NCBI RefSeq assembly: GCF_018350175.1
Contig: NC_058382.1
Coordinates: forward strand, 59,336,001 to 59,400,000
Direction: 5' to 3'
Length of the DNA: 64,000 nucleotides
DNA from: Felis catus
Lineage: Eukaryota
Position 1 is the stretch's first letter, and the number at the start of each line of letters is the position of its first letter. Below, piece after piece: positions 22,931 through 35,130 of the stretch. The notes beneath the pieces are model-generated. The model ran no database searches. It saw nothing but the letters and a program-made list of their open reading frames with translations, and had not been told where the DNA came from. A program made the position numbers and the translations under genes.

Positions 22931-23544
22931 AATCAGCGTAGTACACAGCCTGCACAGTGCAGCGGCGCGACACTTGGGAGCTGTGTCTCTGTGGAGGGCA
23001 GGGGTCTCGCCTTGTCCCTCTCTGTGGTTCCCACAAGACGCCAGCTCCCTGGGAGAACCAGCCTTTGAGGGTTCGAAAGCGTCAGTTATTTCCCAGGTAC
23101 GTTGTGAGCGCGCAGTATCTGGGGGAGCGCCATGCTGCTGGGGCACGCGGGCGTCGGGGGGCAGGGGTGGCCTAGTGGGTCCTCAGTAGCTCCTGCCGCC
23201 ACCAGGGACCCACGCTGCCCGTGGGATGTGTGTCCTCACCTCCAGGTCAGCTGAACGAGTTCAGGCAGAGTCAGTGTGTTTTGGGGGAGAAATCACCAGC
23301 AAAGCCCAGAACCTGCCCCACTGATCCGGGGGCAGGTCCTCAAGTTCGTTTTACAGCTGCCATCACGAGCCCACGGAAAACTTGGGAGACGCGCCCTGGA
23401 AGCCACCATGTCCCGCTTCCTGCCGTGGGTCCACCAAGAGCTGCTGAAACGCATTCAGGAACTTGGGAAGGGGACTGCAGCCGTCACCACGGACATGTGC
23501 GCTTGCCGGGGTCTTCCTACCCGCTTCTCCCTGGCCGCCTATAA

Positions 23545-24330
23545 ATGGAATCTTTTGGAACACTCCTGGGAAACCGTTTGCTCTCCTGATTAAATGACAC
23601 AGACCCAGCTGTCGCAGTCCTGGAGCCCTTCTTCCTTCCTCTTCTGAATGCCGACGTGATGTCTGGTGATGCAGCAGCTATCTTGAGACCATAACGGGAC
23701 AGGTCATGGCAATGCAGTAGAAAGAACGATGGGCCCTCAGAACTGTCCACATCCTAATCCCCAGAACCTGTGAAAACGTTACCTTACGTGGCAATGGGGA
23801 AGTAGGGTGAAATGAGAGTCTCTCATCAGCTGCCCTTAACAGAGGGAGAGTACCGTGCATCATCTGAGTGGCCCAGTGTAGCCACCAGGGTCCTTACAAG
23901 TCCTTACAGCAGAAGAAGACAGTAGGGGGCAGATGTGACCAGAAGGGAGGTGGAAAGACACCACATCGCCGGCTTGGGCGAAGGGACAGAGGGCCCCTGA
24001 GTCGAGGGGTGCCAGCGCCCCTAGAAGCTGAGAAGGGCAATGATTCACCCCCGGTGCTTCCAGAAGGACTCATCCCTGCTGACACCTTGACTTCGGACTT
24101 CTGACCTCCGGACTAAAGACTGGAGCCACCGGGTCGGCGGTCAGCTGTCACAGCAGCCACGGGATGTGGATGCAAGTTGCCTGAGATGCTGGCTTGTCCG
24201 CACGGAGCAAGCGCACGAGCACCCGCAGCCAGACAGCCTCGTCATGTGGCCGGAGGGACCCTGTGCGTGGTGCAGCCACTTCAGGCTGGGCCACTCGTGA
24301 CTTGAAGCCCAACGTCTTCTCAATTGGCAT
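23545..24330 (+). mobile_element. Old MLT1 (J/K/L-type) solo LTR interrupted by MLT1D
   Basis: Left part CTGAATGCCGACGTGATGTCTGGTGATGCAGCAGCTATCTTGAGACCAT; right part CCTCGTCATGTG...AGCCACT...GTGACTTGAAGCCCAAC. Confidence 0.65.
23713..24174 (+). mobile_element. MLT1D-type MaLR solo LTR
   Basis: TG...GTCCACATCCTAATCCCCAGAACCTGTGAA...CCTGCTGACACCTTGACTTCGGACTTCTGACCTCC...CACAGCAGCC...CA. Confidence 0.88.
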
Positions 24331-26286
24331 CCGTGTCAGCCAGGCAAGCCTGCATCTCAGAACCCTTCTTGCGAGAGAGGAAGATGCCCGCTTATGACCG
24401 CACTACCGGGTCCAAAGACGAATTCTGAGTGGCTCCGGGCCTCTTCCCAGAAAGGAAGGTGCAGTAAGACCAGACCTCCTTGAGCAAGGCTCTCAAGAAA
24501 AGGTTTCCCCCCACAGAATGCCCTAAAGCCCCTCAGCACTCTAAAGAAAGAGACGGGTTGTTAACTACACGTTTACCGAACCCTGACGTGAACCGAAGAC
24601 ACAAAAGCTAAGTGCAACACACAGAAGTGTCAACTTGGATAGGTGTCGTGGCAGGGTCCGTGGGACACAGACGTGTCCGTAACCGCCTACTTTTACTGGG
24701 TACAAGTGTTCTCTGATTTAAGGGGGGGGCAGGATGTTCACCCCTGATAAGAGCCCACTGGCGGACAGCCCCCGTTTGGGGAACACAGCTTGACCGTACG
24801 TAATTTCCGCACCGTGTTTCCCCATCTCCTTTATCACTTGTCCTGCGACGAGGTTTCCAGGAATGGCCACGGGGAGATGCGGGGCTGCCTCTGTTCATTC
24901 GCGCCCTGCGACGGAAGCCACAAAACCTTCATCAGGGCCCTCCTGCTCTGTGATGGGCAGGGGAACCCGGCTCAGGGTCACCTGGCACAGGAGGGGCTGG
25001 AGAAGCAGGGCATACATTTGATCCTCACTCCGAGCGCGCTCAGACACCCAGCTGCGCACCAGAAACACGGTCCCGTGAGCGGATTAGCACAGGGCCTGGC
25101 CGGTGATCCGTGCTCCGTAAACGCTAACTATTGAAATGTTTTTCTTTCTCAAACTCACGGCAACCCTGTGAGAGAAACCTGGGGAATGTTCCCAAAGAAC
25201 GGGCCAGGAGTCCGAGGCTGAGAAGGGCTCAGTGACAGCATGAGAATGGGGCCCGTGTCCCGCTCCCCTCGAGCAGTGTCCCTGTGGCCCCCAAGGGCTG
25301 GTACCCGGGTCGAGTTGCCAGGGCAACCACTGCTCCCGTGCTCTTCCCAGGCACCAGCACCACCCTGCTCACACTCTGCTCAGCAGCCCCGGCAGGGACC
25401 CAGCTGCCTACTCTCAAGGGGAACCAGCCACGAGAGCAGGGGAAGGGGGTAGTGCCCCGCCCAGCACCTCAGAGCCCAGGAGGGGTGCGGGGAGCAGCGC
25501 CGTGCCCAGCGTCTCAGGGTGTGTGAACACAGGCGGCCAGCAGACTTCCTGAGCTCCCCACCAGGAACCCCAGTCCCACCAGCTGCCACCCCAGAGCCCT
25601 TTCTGGCCCCACAGTGTGCAACGAGGTCAGGAGGAGGCTGTCAGCCAGAAGCAGAGGGAGCTCACTCCCAGGGCCAGGCTCTGAGCTCAGAGAGCCCGCT
25701 GGCAGAAACCCCCGGGTCACCCAGGAGCCTGAGGGTTGTGGGGGCTACAGCAGGACCAGGGAGGCAGTGGCACCTCCCAGGGTGTGGTTGAGAAGGAGGA
25801 GCCCTCATCCCCAGCACGACCCCAACCCCAGGCCCCTGCAGGCCCCAGACTTTGGGCAGGCCCGGAGACACCCTCAGGGGCTGCGGCCGGGACCGTGGGG
25901 CCAGGCGGGGGTCTGCCACTCGAAGCCCACCCTGTCACCAACCACTGGGTGAACCCCCAACCTCTCGGTGCCCCCATTTCCTTCTCCGTGGAACAACCGT
26001 CCAAAAAGATGCCACCCACTTTAGGGGAAGTCTTGGCCAAAACCCAACCCCGTATTTTCCCAACCGGTAGAAACATGTTAATTCACTTTGTTTTTCATGA
26101 GTGAAATCTCCAGAATGCGAGGAGATAAACGTCTCGCCAGAAGGGTTTTTGTAAAGAGAAACGCGTCCCTCACCTTCGAACTGGGAGGGCGTCCATAGCA
26201 GTCACCGATGACCCACGCCGCGCTCCCAGCCCTCTGCTGGCTGCCTGACCACATCTGCTCGCCACCCCACCCCTCCTTGTTGACAG

Positions 26287-26397
26287 GATTCTGGTGTTAT
26301 TTGGCTTGGCAGTGGACCCGACTAAAAATATGCAGTTTCCCAGACTCCTTTGCAGCGAGAGTGGTCAGGTGACGGCGTCGCAGCCAGGATGACGGAG
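26287..26397 (+). other. Candidate non-coding exon (111 nt)
   Basis: Branch-like CCTGAC, C-rich tract ending TTGACAG|, donor GAG|GTGAGC. Stops in all three frames. Confidence 0.2.
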
Positions 26398-27514
26398 GTG
26401 AGCTGCCCAAGAGAACCCTTCCGCCACGACAGGACAGTGCGCCTCGAGCTGGTGCAGCCCTGAGCCTCATGGGTGAGGGGTACACCTCGTGGCCGAGAGC
26501 CCACGGGCTCTGGGCCCCAAAGACGGGGGAGCCGGGCCCCCCGCCCAGACTGCCCTCCTCCAGCCGCCCGGGGCCTCAGACAGCCCGATCCCGTCACTGC
26601 CCACCAACGTGGTCCCAGCTGACGCGCTTGCTGAGTGTGAAGGGCTGCGGCCCCACCTGCACGAGGGGACACCAGAACGCAGCCAGGTGGCCCCCATGGA
26701 AGCCGCCTCCCCCTCGCCCGTCTGAGACGGTCGAAAGGCACGCCATCCAGTCGCTATGTTCTTGGCTTCCTGGGGGCATGGAATGGCAGGCTCCCTCCAT
26801 GCCCTAAAATAAGTGTTTTGTTTGTTTGTTTTATCTTATCTATTTCTGCAGTGAAACCAGCCTCCCAGTTCCCCGAGATATAAATATGATGCCCAGAGCT
26901 GCTTTCCCCCCACCCTGGGTGGTGAGTGACAGGGATCCCCTCCCAGGAGGGACCTCAGCGTCTGCATCTGCAAACCAGGGTGGCCACCCCGCCTGCCCGG
27001 TTAAGGACAAGTGGCATGAAGCTAGAGCAGCCCCCTGCACCCTGACCTCCGCCCGGGTCTCAGACCACACCTGCCCTCACAGTCCCCTCCCCACTGGGGC
27101 CCACAGGAGAGCCCCGCGCCCCTCCCAGGATCCCTCACCCACAGGCCCGGATTCCTCTGCACCCACATCAGGCTGACCTCTCACACCTCCATTCGGATGC
27201 CCATCTGGACAGCTTCCCTGAAACTCTGTGCACCTCCGGCCCCATCAAACCCTGCCTGCAAAGCCTGTGGCTGCCCACGCACGTGTCCGCCTTCCCAGTG
27301 GACTATGGGCCCCGACAGACATGCTGTTCGCAGCCGGAGACCAGAGCCATCCAAGCACCCCGTGCACAGTAGCTTCTCGGCTAGATGAATGAGTGAGGGC
27401 ATCTGGCTAACTCAAGGGGACCCCAGAGTTGAATTGAGAATATGCTCGTGCATATGACAGCCAGGACAGGACAGGACGAAGACGGGAAATATTCAGATAA
27501 CCACCCTGAGTTTT

Positions 27515-27700
27515 TCACCGCACTTAAGTGGGGTCTTGAAGAAAAGAGACTCGCTAGTCTCAGCACCCCAGGGGAAGGAGCAGCATGTGCAAAGGCACTG
27601 AGGCACGAGACGGCATGGAGCCTTTGAGGAGCAGGCAGTCGTGAGCATGGCTGAAACCTCGAGGGCACGTGTCAGGGATCAGAGAGAGGAGACTGAAGGC
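27515..27700 (-). mobile_element. L2 LINE fragment
   Basis: GGAGCAGCATGTGCAAAGGCACTGAGGCACGAGA...GCATGGCTGAA. Confidence 0.75.
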
Positions 27701-27749
27701 TAGATCGTGGTTGTTGGTTTTTATGACAATATTATCACTAATCCTGCTC

Positions 27750-27972
27750 AGAATCATGGCGACAGTTATTACCTGCTGTGCTCTGTGTGCCTTACACATA
27801 TCACCCCAATTCCCACAAGCCCCCTGAGGTGGGTCCTACCGTCATCCCCACTCTACAGAGGACAACACCGAGGCCCAGAGAAACAAACCGACTTCCCCCA
27901 GGACGGCCATTCGGAAATGGCTGAGCCGGAATCCCAGTCTCCGTCGGCCTGGCTGCACGACCGTGTTCTCAA
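27750..27972 (-). mobile_element. MIR SINE
   Basis: CCCTGAGGTGGGT...CATCCCCACTCTACAGAGGACAACACCGAGGCCCAGAGA...GACTTCCCCCAGG. Confidence 0.75.
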
Positions 27973-28014
27973 GGGCCATCTCAGACCACGCGAGCGGCTC
28001 GTCACACTGGCAAC

Positions 28015-28446
28015 TGGGTAACAGCTTTCCCCACAGCAAGCTGCACAACGAAGCCTCGCGACACGCGAGGGCAGCATTTACCGGCCCTGCGCCTGGGCAG
28101 TCAGCTGGGCGTCCCCGCTGACACTGGCTAGGCTGACTTACGTGTGCAGGAGCTCCACGGCGCTGACCGGGCGAGCAGGCTGCGCGTTCTTCGTCCTTCC
28201 TCAGGCCGGCACAGCCACGTCTCATGCTGGCAGCAGGGCCGCGAGAGTGCTGCTGGAAACAGGGACGTGTGTCTCCAAGTTGTGTGAGTTTGCTAACATC
28301 CCACTGACCGAAGCAAGTCGGACCTGGATCCAGGGGCGAGGAAACCCACCTGCCTCTTGTTAGACGGAGCTGCAAATCCTCCGCAGAGGGTTTGGCCACA
28401 GGGAGGGGTGAAGACCCGAGACCATTTATGCGTTTCACCTGCCGCA
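28015..28446 (-). mobile_element. MLT1 (F/G/H-type) solo LTR
   Basis: GCTAACATCCCACTGACCGAAGCAAGTC...CCACCTGCCTCTTG...GGAGCTGCAAA...ACAGGGAGGGGTGAAGA. Confidence 0.7.
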
Positions 28447-28974
28447 GGTGGGGGCGGGGAGGCTGACTTTTCCAGGGCTACGGCACACGCCAGTGGGAGA
28501 GCTGCAATCCCTGCCCGGACCTTCTGACCTCAAGACCCCTGCCCCACGTGGCTGGTGCTAGATCCCACCAAGAAAAACAGAAACTTCGCGGAGCACTTCA
28601 AACGAGCGAATTCAATACCTGGAACTGGTGGCTGCGGAGACGGAAAAGGCCCGCCAGAGTGGGGCCCAGGGGACACGCAGGCACAGGGAGCAGCGAGCAT
28701 CCCCGGACTGCGGGACAGGAGGGCAGGCGAGGGCCTGTCCCTGCAAGCAGCACCATGGGCTGAATGCCCCGTGGCTCCCTCCTCCCCCCAGACCAGCCGA
28801 AAGCAGGGGCGCGGGAGGCTGTGCAGGCAGCCACTCAGGGCCCTGCAGCACAGGACGGACAAGGACGGGAAGAGGGGAGGAACCGAGGGCCGAGGGCCCC
28901 CAGAGAGCCAGCTATGGGGCATCTGCCCCTCCGTCCCCCGTGTGCTCCAGGGCAGTGCTTCTCCAGCGGCCAGG

Positions 28975-29090
28975 ACAGGGCACACACACCCGGAGTCTGA
29001 TGTGGGAGGTCTCGGTGGGGCCTGAGACTCCACATTTCTAACCAACCCCCAGGCGGCGCCGACACCGTTGGTCTGTGGGCCACGCTTCCC
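28975..29090. mobile_element. MER5A-type MITE fragment
   Basis: AGGTCTCGGTGGGGCCTGAGACTCCACATTTCTAACCAACCCCCAGG...GGTCTGTGGGCCACGCTT. Confidence 0.7.
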
Positions 29091-29319
29091 ACCACAAGGC
29101 ACTGGCATGGGAGGGTCACAGGGTGTGCGAATGCCTTCGGGAAGACGTGGCCTCCACTCTCCCTCCTTCTGTGAGCCTCTGAAGCAGGAACAGGAGAGAA
29201 AACCAAGATCCAGCAAGTGCAAGAGACTCACCTGGGGTGTCCGGCTGGTAGGTGGCCAAGACGCGATGCCAGGCAGCCCCCTCTGCCCATTTATTTCGGG
29301 GCTCCAGGGACTGGCCCAG

Positions 29320-29515
29320 AGACCTTTATCCAGCACGTTCTATAGGCCCCGCCTTTGCGTTCACAGTCTCAAATCTTCACAACCTGGAAAAGGAAGATTG
29401 TCAGCTCCATTTTATGCAGGAGAAAACCGAGGCTCAGGAAGTTTAAGGAATCCCCCACGGTCAGCAGCGAGTGAGGGCAGAGCCCCACGTGAGCCCCAAT
29501 CTCCTGCTCCAGGAG
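29320..29515 (-). mobile_element. MIR SINE
   Basis: CTCCATTTTATGCAGGAGAAAACCGAGGCTCAGGAAGTTTAAG. Confidence 0.8.
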
Positions 29516-29544
29516 TGACACCTCACTCGACAAATACTGACTGA

Positions 29545-29745
29545 GCACAGCGCTCAGGCCCTGCTGCACAACGTGGGGTCTGTGATCCCCTGGCCTGGAT
29601 TCGAGTCCACAGCAGCTGTGAGGCCTCGAGGGTCTCACTCGGCCTTCCCGGGACTCAGTTTCCTCAACTGTCAGACGAGGGTAACAGCAGTCCCTACCCT
29701 GGCAGGCAGTATCCAGTTGTCCCAGGCCATGCCTGGCACATGGCC
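29545..29745 (+). mobile_element. MIR SINE
   Basis: CCTGGATTCGAGTCC...CTCAGTTTCCTCAACTGTCAGACGAGGGTAACAGCAGT...GCCTGGCACATGG. Confidence 0.75.
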
Positions 29746-32700
29746 ACCTCTGGATTAACACCCACCCTTGTCGTAAGTCTGCAACAATCCCAATGCTTAG
29801 ATTCTAGGCAGGGGAGACAGTCAACTGGCAAACGAAAACACAGTAATTTGTTAAGTGGCTGAGTGTCCAAGATTAGGGTTCCAAGAAGGTGGGGCACCGG
29901 GGTGGTCAGCGAGAGCAGCCATCACAGAACGGCAACATGGCATTGTTGTCGGAGCCCCTGTCCAGGCCTGGTCCGTGGCCACAGGTGCTCGTGCCGTGAG
30001 GCCGGGTGATCCGAGGGCTCCCATTGGGAACGTGGCTCTGTCCCCAGCAGGGCAAGCCCAACCGCAGCCTGAGGGTGCACCTGCGTGCCCAGAACCCCTC
30101 CAGGGGAATGTCAGCGTGGAACTTTGGGGCCCTGGCACGGCTCCTGCTGGGCACCTTGGAGGCGGCCGTGGCAGGGCCACTGAGAAAGGTGGCACGCAAG
30201 GCTTGTTTCCCCAAACCGCTCAGAGACACTCAGAGCATTTCTGAGAGACAGGCGGGGATTTGAGTTTCTGGCACTTGTTTGCACAAAGGATCTCAGCCTT
30301 CTTTCTCCTGACATGCAGCTTAAACGTGCTCGCTGACCCCTGAATGGAATCCCACGATTCCCCATCTCCTTCTGAGAGAATTTCACGGGAGGGAAGGAGG
30401 AGGAGCTAAACGCATTGTGTCCTGTGGGCTTTATCCCCCCACTGACGACTCTATCCATTCACGGTCCGAGACTGGATGCTGAATGTGTCTTCTGGTTTGT
30501 TTGGGTATCTTTTTTCTCTTTTCTTTTACCTTTTAACTAAAACACAACACAAAGTAAGAGCTCTGATTGCATTCAGCTGTTAGGAGGGAAGTAAATGCGC
30601 CTCCCCACCTCTGCTGGCAGAGATCAGACGTGACTTTCTCAAAAAACAAAAAGTGGAAAGTTTACAAACACAGGACTCAGACTCCGCAATGGCGCACCTC
30701 CGCTCCTAGCCAGGGATTTGCGCGGCCTGTCCTCCCTGCTGGCCACACAGGCCTCTGCGTCTCTGTAAACCCACAGGCAAACGTGGCACCCGGGCCACTT
30801 TCCACCCTTTCACCAAAATAAAACAGTAAAGACTAAAGTATAAAAAAAGTATTTAAGAAGTAAAAATTAAAACAGTAAAAGCCCAGAAGAGACAACCACC
30901 CCTGCGTCGACTCAGGTCCCAGCAGCCGGGTCGGTCGGCAAATGGAAACATAAAAATATTTTAGACTGAAATTGGGCAAAGAGTCTGGTTGAGTTCATTT
31001 TCCACAAAAGTCTTGCCCCAAACAAGCTTATTCATATACATGAAGTCTGAAAGCGCTTTTCCTTGCTGGGTTTTTGAAACCTGAAATATTTTCGGCTAAA
31101 TGAGAAAATGTTCGCTGTTGAATGGCCTATTAGAACTGTCACGAATGTGATTTCTGGAAATAAACAAGATGGTAAGAAGGTTGGCCGGAGCAGAAATGTA
31201 AGTCAGCATTAATATCTGGTGTCATTAAATTGTCCCTTCAGCCACGGTGCCCAGTGACACAAAAATTTTTGTGTGAATTCTCATACGATCACCTCCCTGG
31301 GTCTGCACAAATCTGAAAGGATCTCTCTCCAGAATCACTAATGTTATTTTCTTCAGTTTCTACATATCAAATAGCTCTCTCTGTTCTGCTAACAGACCAA
31401 AGTATTTGGGACATACAAGTTCATATTTTCTCCGTATCAATTTACAAAAGGTTCACTTGATACAAATGTGGCTCAATAAACAATGTTTATTTTTTATGGG
31501 TTAGTATCTTGCTCAAGAAAATTAGAACTAAGTTTCGGGAAGATTTATTTTCATTTTAACTATTGTTAGCTGGTCACTGCCGCTCAATACTTAAATGACG
31601 TTTCCCCCCAAAGGGCAAAATCTTTAAAGCAGAACAGAATTTATTTAAACAGCTGGGTTTCTTGCACGATCATCTTGTTAATACGCAGACTTACGAGCAG
31701 TAGGTAACTTGCAGTTTGTAAATACATACAAGTAGAAAAAAAAAAAAGCCAGCACATCATTCGATTAAATTTTTAAGGAACAATATTTTATCACTACCAG
31801 ATGCAATGAAGGCATTCTACTATATTACATGTACTCATATCTATGTCCTTAAATATTATTTCACATTTGGAGTCAAATTAATTCCCTTACCATCTTCTTC
31901 TTCCCCAAAAACAAACGATAACATCATTTTTAGGAAAAGAAATAAACCTTTCTCTTGGTATGCATTTCAAGTAGTTTCAACATGCATGCTTTTTTTTTTC
32001 AAATTAAAAAAACAATGTGGCAAATTATTACCTAAAACAAATTAAGGAATCCTATTGTCCCGTGAAGAACAAAAACATTGGAATCATCCAAAATTGTCTT
32101 AATTTTAATTTTAACGTTAAATATATTGAAGGATGTGCTCATCATATTTTGGGATTCTCCCTGGCAAAAGACGGGGACAAAAAATATTTGTTTACTTTTG
32201 AAATAAAGTAGACATTCTTCCCAGTGGAGGAGGAGGACACAGTCATCCTGAAAGCACTCCTGGGAGAGGAAGGGTAGAAGCCGTAAGAATCTGGCAGCTC
32301 CCATTTTAGCAGGTGCCGACAGAATAAAAGCCAAGGTCCAGGGCGCGTATTCCCACACGTATGGAAAAGCCGTTTTTGAGAGGGTGAGACTCTGATCCCA
32401 TCACTATCTGCACATGCCTGATTTTCCTTGGCCATTTGTCTGCACATAAAATTCCACGCAGTGCTATGGCCATGTAACACTCTGCGTGATTATTACAGGA
32501 GTATCGTAAGGGTATCTTTTTTCCTGTGTAATATAAACAGGCCATAGATCAGATCTTGAAATAGCTACTAAGCTTCTTCCATTTTCATCTCAAACATCTC
32601 CGGGAAATACTTCTTTGAACGCTAGCCGGGCACCGTCTCGGACCATTCCAGGAGGGCGACACATTTGCTAATTAACATTTGGCTTAAATACTTTAAATAC

Positions 32701-32880
32701 TTTGACAGCTCGGCGTGTTTCAAGTGAGGCCTCAAAACCTCTTTACTTCTTACGTTTATAGCTGACTGGACGCACCCCGGGGGGAGGTGAAGGGGGACCT
32801 GATGGGGGGACCTGATGGGATTTCGGGCTGAATCTCAGTGTCTTCCCCACCCCCACCCCCACGGGCCACTCCAGAAGTCA

Positions 32881-32897
32881 CAGCGCCATCTGCCGGG
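32881..32897 (-). promoter_or_regulatory. Consensus CTCF-binding motif
   Basis: Minus strand CCGGCAGATGGCGCTG fits CCRSYAGRKGGCRSY at every position; located outside repeats. Confidence 0.55.
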
Positions 32898-33257
32898 CAG
32901 CAAGGGAGCCCGCGTCAGAAGGCCAAGGTTTCTGCTCTGGCAATCCAATTAGAAAGCTTCAAAAATGTGTTTCAGTCGCCCTGTGCCGTGGCTTCATAGC
33001 CAGGAGGGCAAGGACGGGATACTCCAGGCAGACGCGCAGGCAAGTGGCCACAGCCTTTTGACGTGCCTCTGGTCTGCAGCAATCTTGCCCTCCCCTGTCA
33101 CCCCCAAAGAGGAGGTTAAAGAGAGTGAGAGCGTTGCTATGCTTAATTTCTAAGAATTTTAGATGAGTTATGAATTTCTGGGGTGAAGATTTATTTTCCC
33201 AGTGGTCGGCACCCACCTTTTCCTCCCCACACTCCCCCCGGGCTGGGGGCAAAGGGG

Positions 33258-33259
<2 letters not shown>

Positions 33260-33293
<34 letters not shown>
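33260..33293. repeat. (CA)n microsatellite
   Basis: Uninterrupted AC run of about 16-17 units. Confidence 0.95.
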
Positions 33294-33295
<2 letters not shown>

Positions 33296-33948
33296 GTGCT
33301 CACACCCACCCTGGGGTTCTTTAACCTGACGAGGCTTCACGAACACGAGAGCACGAAACTAGGATCACCCAAATATTATTCTGAATCCCCTTTCCAGGCA
33401 CTTAAGCAAAACAACTACCATTTTTGAAGTTTGTGTAACTTTTCCCTGAAAATATAATCCCATTCCGATTATCCATCCGAATGAGGTCAATTTCTGGATT
33501 TTTTTAGGCAAATAACTGGCTTGCTTTTCTCACTCTCCCTGCTCATAACCGATGGCTGGATTTGCCTTGAAATTTGAGCATTAATTACCTTCTCTTCGTA
33601 ATTAAGCACGGGGTGTTCTTTTCACCGGAGAACTGTGTCCTTTCAAAACTGCCCTGACTCCCTGGAATAGTTTCGTGAAAAGAAGTAAATTGTAGACTAG
33701 AATATTAACATTCTTACAATCCTCCCAATATGTCACAAAGACGTTCAGAAGATTTTTAAGAAATAAGCAACTCATGTTAAATGAGTATTACAATTAAATT
33801 TATTAAGTATCACAAAGCATCCATTTTTAAAGAGAAACATTTTTACTGAAACTTACTTTTCTTTGTTGCACGTCATAAAATTTTTTTAAGTGTCCTAGGA
33901 GCCTAAAGTCAGGCTTCTATTGCATTACCGTCAGGGATTACTTCATTT

Positions 33949-33989
33949 CACATATATATGTGTGTGTGCGCGCGCGCGTGCATGTATAC
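33949..33989. repeat. Alternating purine-pyrimidine tract (TA)n(TG)n(CG)n
   Basis: CACATATATATGTGTGTGTGCGCGCGCGCGTGCATGTATAC. Confidence 0.9.
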
Positions 33990-34428
33990 CAAAGTATTTA
34001 CATTTTGTAACTTAATTTCTCACTCAGTTTGAAAGATCTGGACATTATAAAGGCAAGCTCATTTTCTGCTGGAACAAAATGAGAAAATGAAAATTTTAAA
34101 ATTCGTTTTATTAGGTAAATTCAGTGGGGACTCACTGCTCGCCCTGAAATAAGCCAGCCTCCTTCTGTGTACTTTCGCCATCTTTCGGAGCCTCAAAATG
34201 AGAAGTAGAGGGAGTCACGCTGGTAAGCACCCTCCCCACCCCTCCCCTCCCCATGGATGTTTGTGCAGAAACTGTAGAGGTTCCTTTCCCAAAAGCCAGA
34301 GTGGTGCCGAGGGCTGCCAGAGGGGTTCGCGGAGGAGCCCTACAGACAGTGTGCTGGTAGAGAAAGAAAGGGGAGGCAGGACGGACGGACGGACAGGGGC
34401 AGAGAGGCGCTGGAGGAAGAGTACTCAC

Positions 34429-34538
34429 AATTTCCAATGTCTGCTGCTGTCTGTCTCCTGGTCCCGGTTCCAAAAGGAAATGTGGCTCTTTTGTGCAGAA
34501 CCAGAAATGAGCATCCAGGAAGCCAGCAAACTCACTAG
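34429..34538 (-). other. Candidate spliced exon (110 nt) of an unidentified minus-strand transcript
   Basis: Minus strand acceptor TTTTGTTGTGTTTCTCTATTGATCGTTCAG| with a long AG-free tract; donor ATT|GTGAGT; lies inside the TE-free island. Confidence 0.4.
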
Positions 34539-34754
34539 CTGAACGATCAATAGAGAAACACAACAAAATAAATTACCAAATTTGGGGGGAGAGGGTTTCT
34601 CCAATAAAGGAAAAGAAAATGCGTCAAGGGGAGAGGGGGTGGGCAAGAGCCTATTTTATTTTTTCCCGTGACCGGAGCTGGGCCCCAGGTTGGCCTCAGT
34701 GTGAAGCCGGGTATTTGCCCTCCTGTACCCACATGACATAAAGGGTCACCCGGC

Positions 34755-35130
34755 TGACTCAGGGCTCGGGCTCCCGGCAAAGCCCGAGGCCCGCTGTGTG
34801 AGTTGTCCGAGTTCCTGCCGCAGATCTGAAATGAGTTTTCCTATGAAAATACACTGAAAACTCAGCGACCCCCGCCCCTAACGAATGCCTTCAGTGACAG
34901 GAAATGTTAACCATTTTAAGTGCTTTTTATTTGCATTTGCTCCACGGCTGAAGGAGTGAGGGAGAAACGTACTCTTAATGGCTGGGGGTGAAGGAGACGG
35001 AGGGGGCAGCCGGGCCGGCAGTTTCTGGGCACGGGGGGAGCATCCTGGGTCCTGAGTCACCCCAGATGACAGTGACCTCGCCTTGAATGCCCGCAGAAGG
35101 AGGAAAGGGTCTGCACGCTGCAGTGAGTCA
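34755..35130. promoter_or_regulatory. Cluster of three AP-1 (TGASTCA) sites; putative enhancer or promoter
   Basis: TGACTCA 34755-34761, TGAGTCA 35053-35059 and 35124-35130. Confidence 0.35.

Noticed and set aside
28530..29336. 268-aa minus-strand ORF
   Set aside because: Crosses a MER5A fragment, composition is typical of GC-rich non-coding DNA, and no homology is recognisable.
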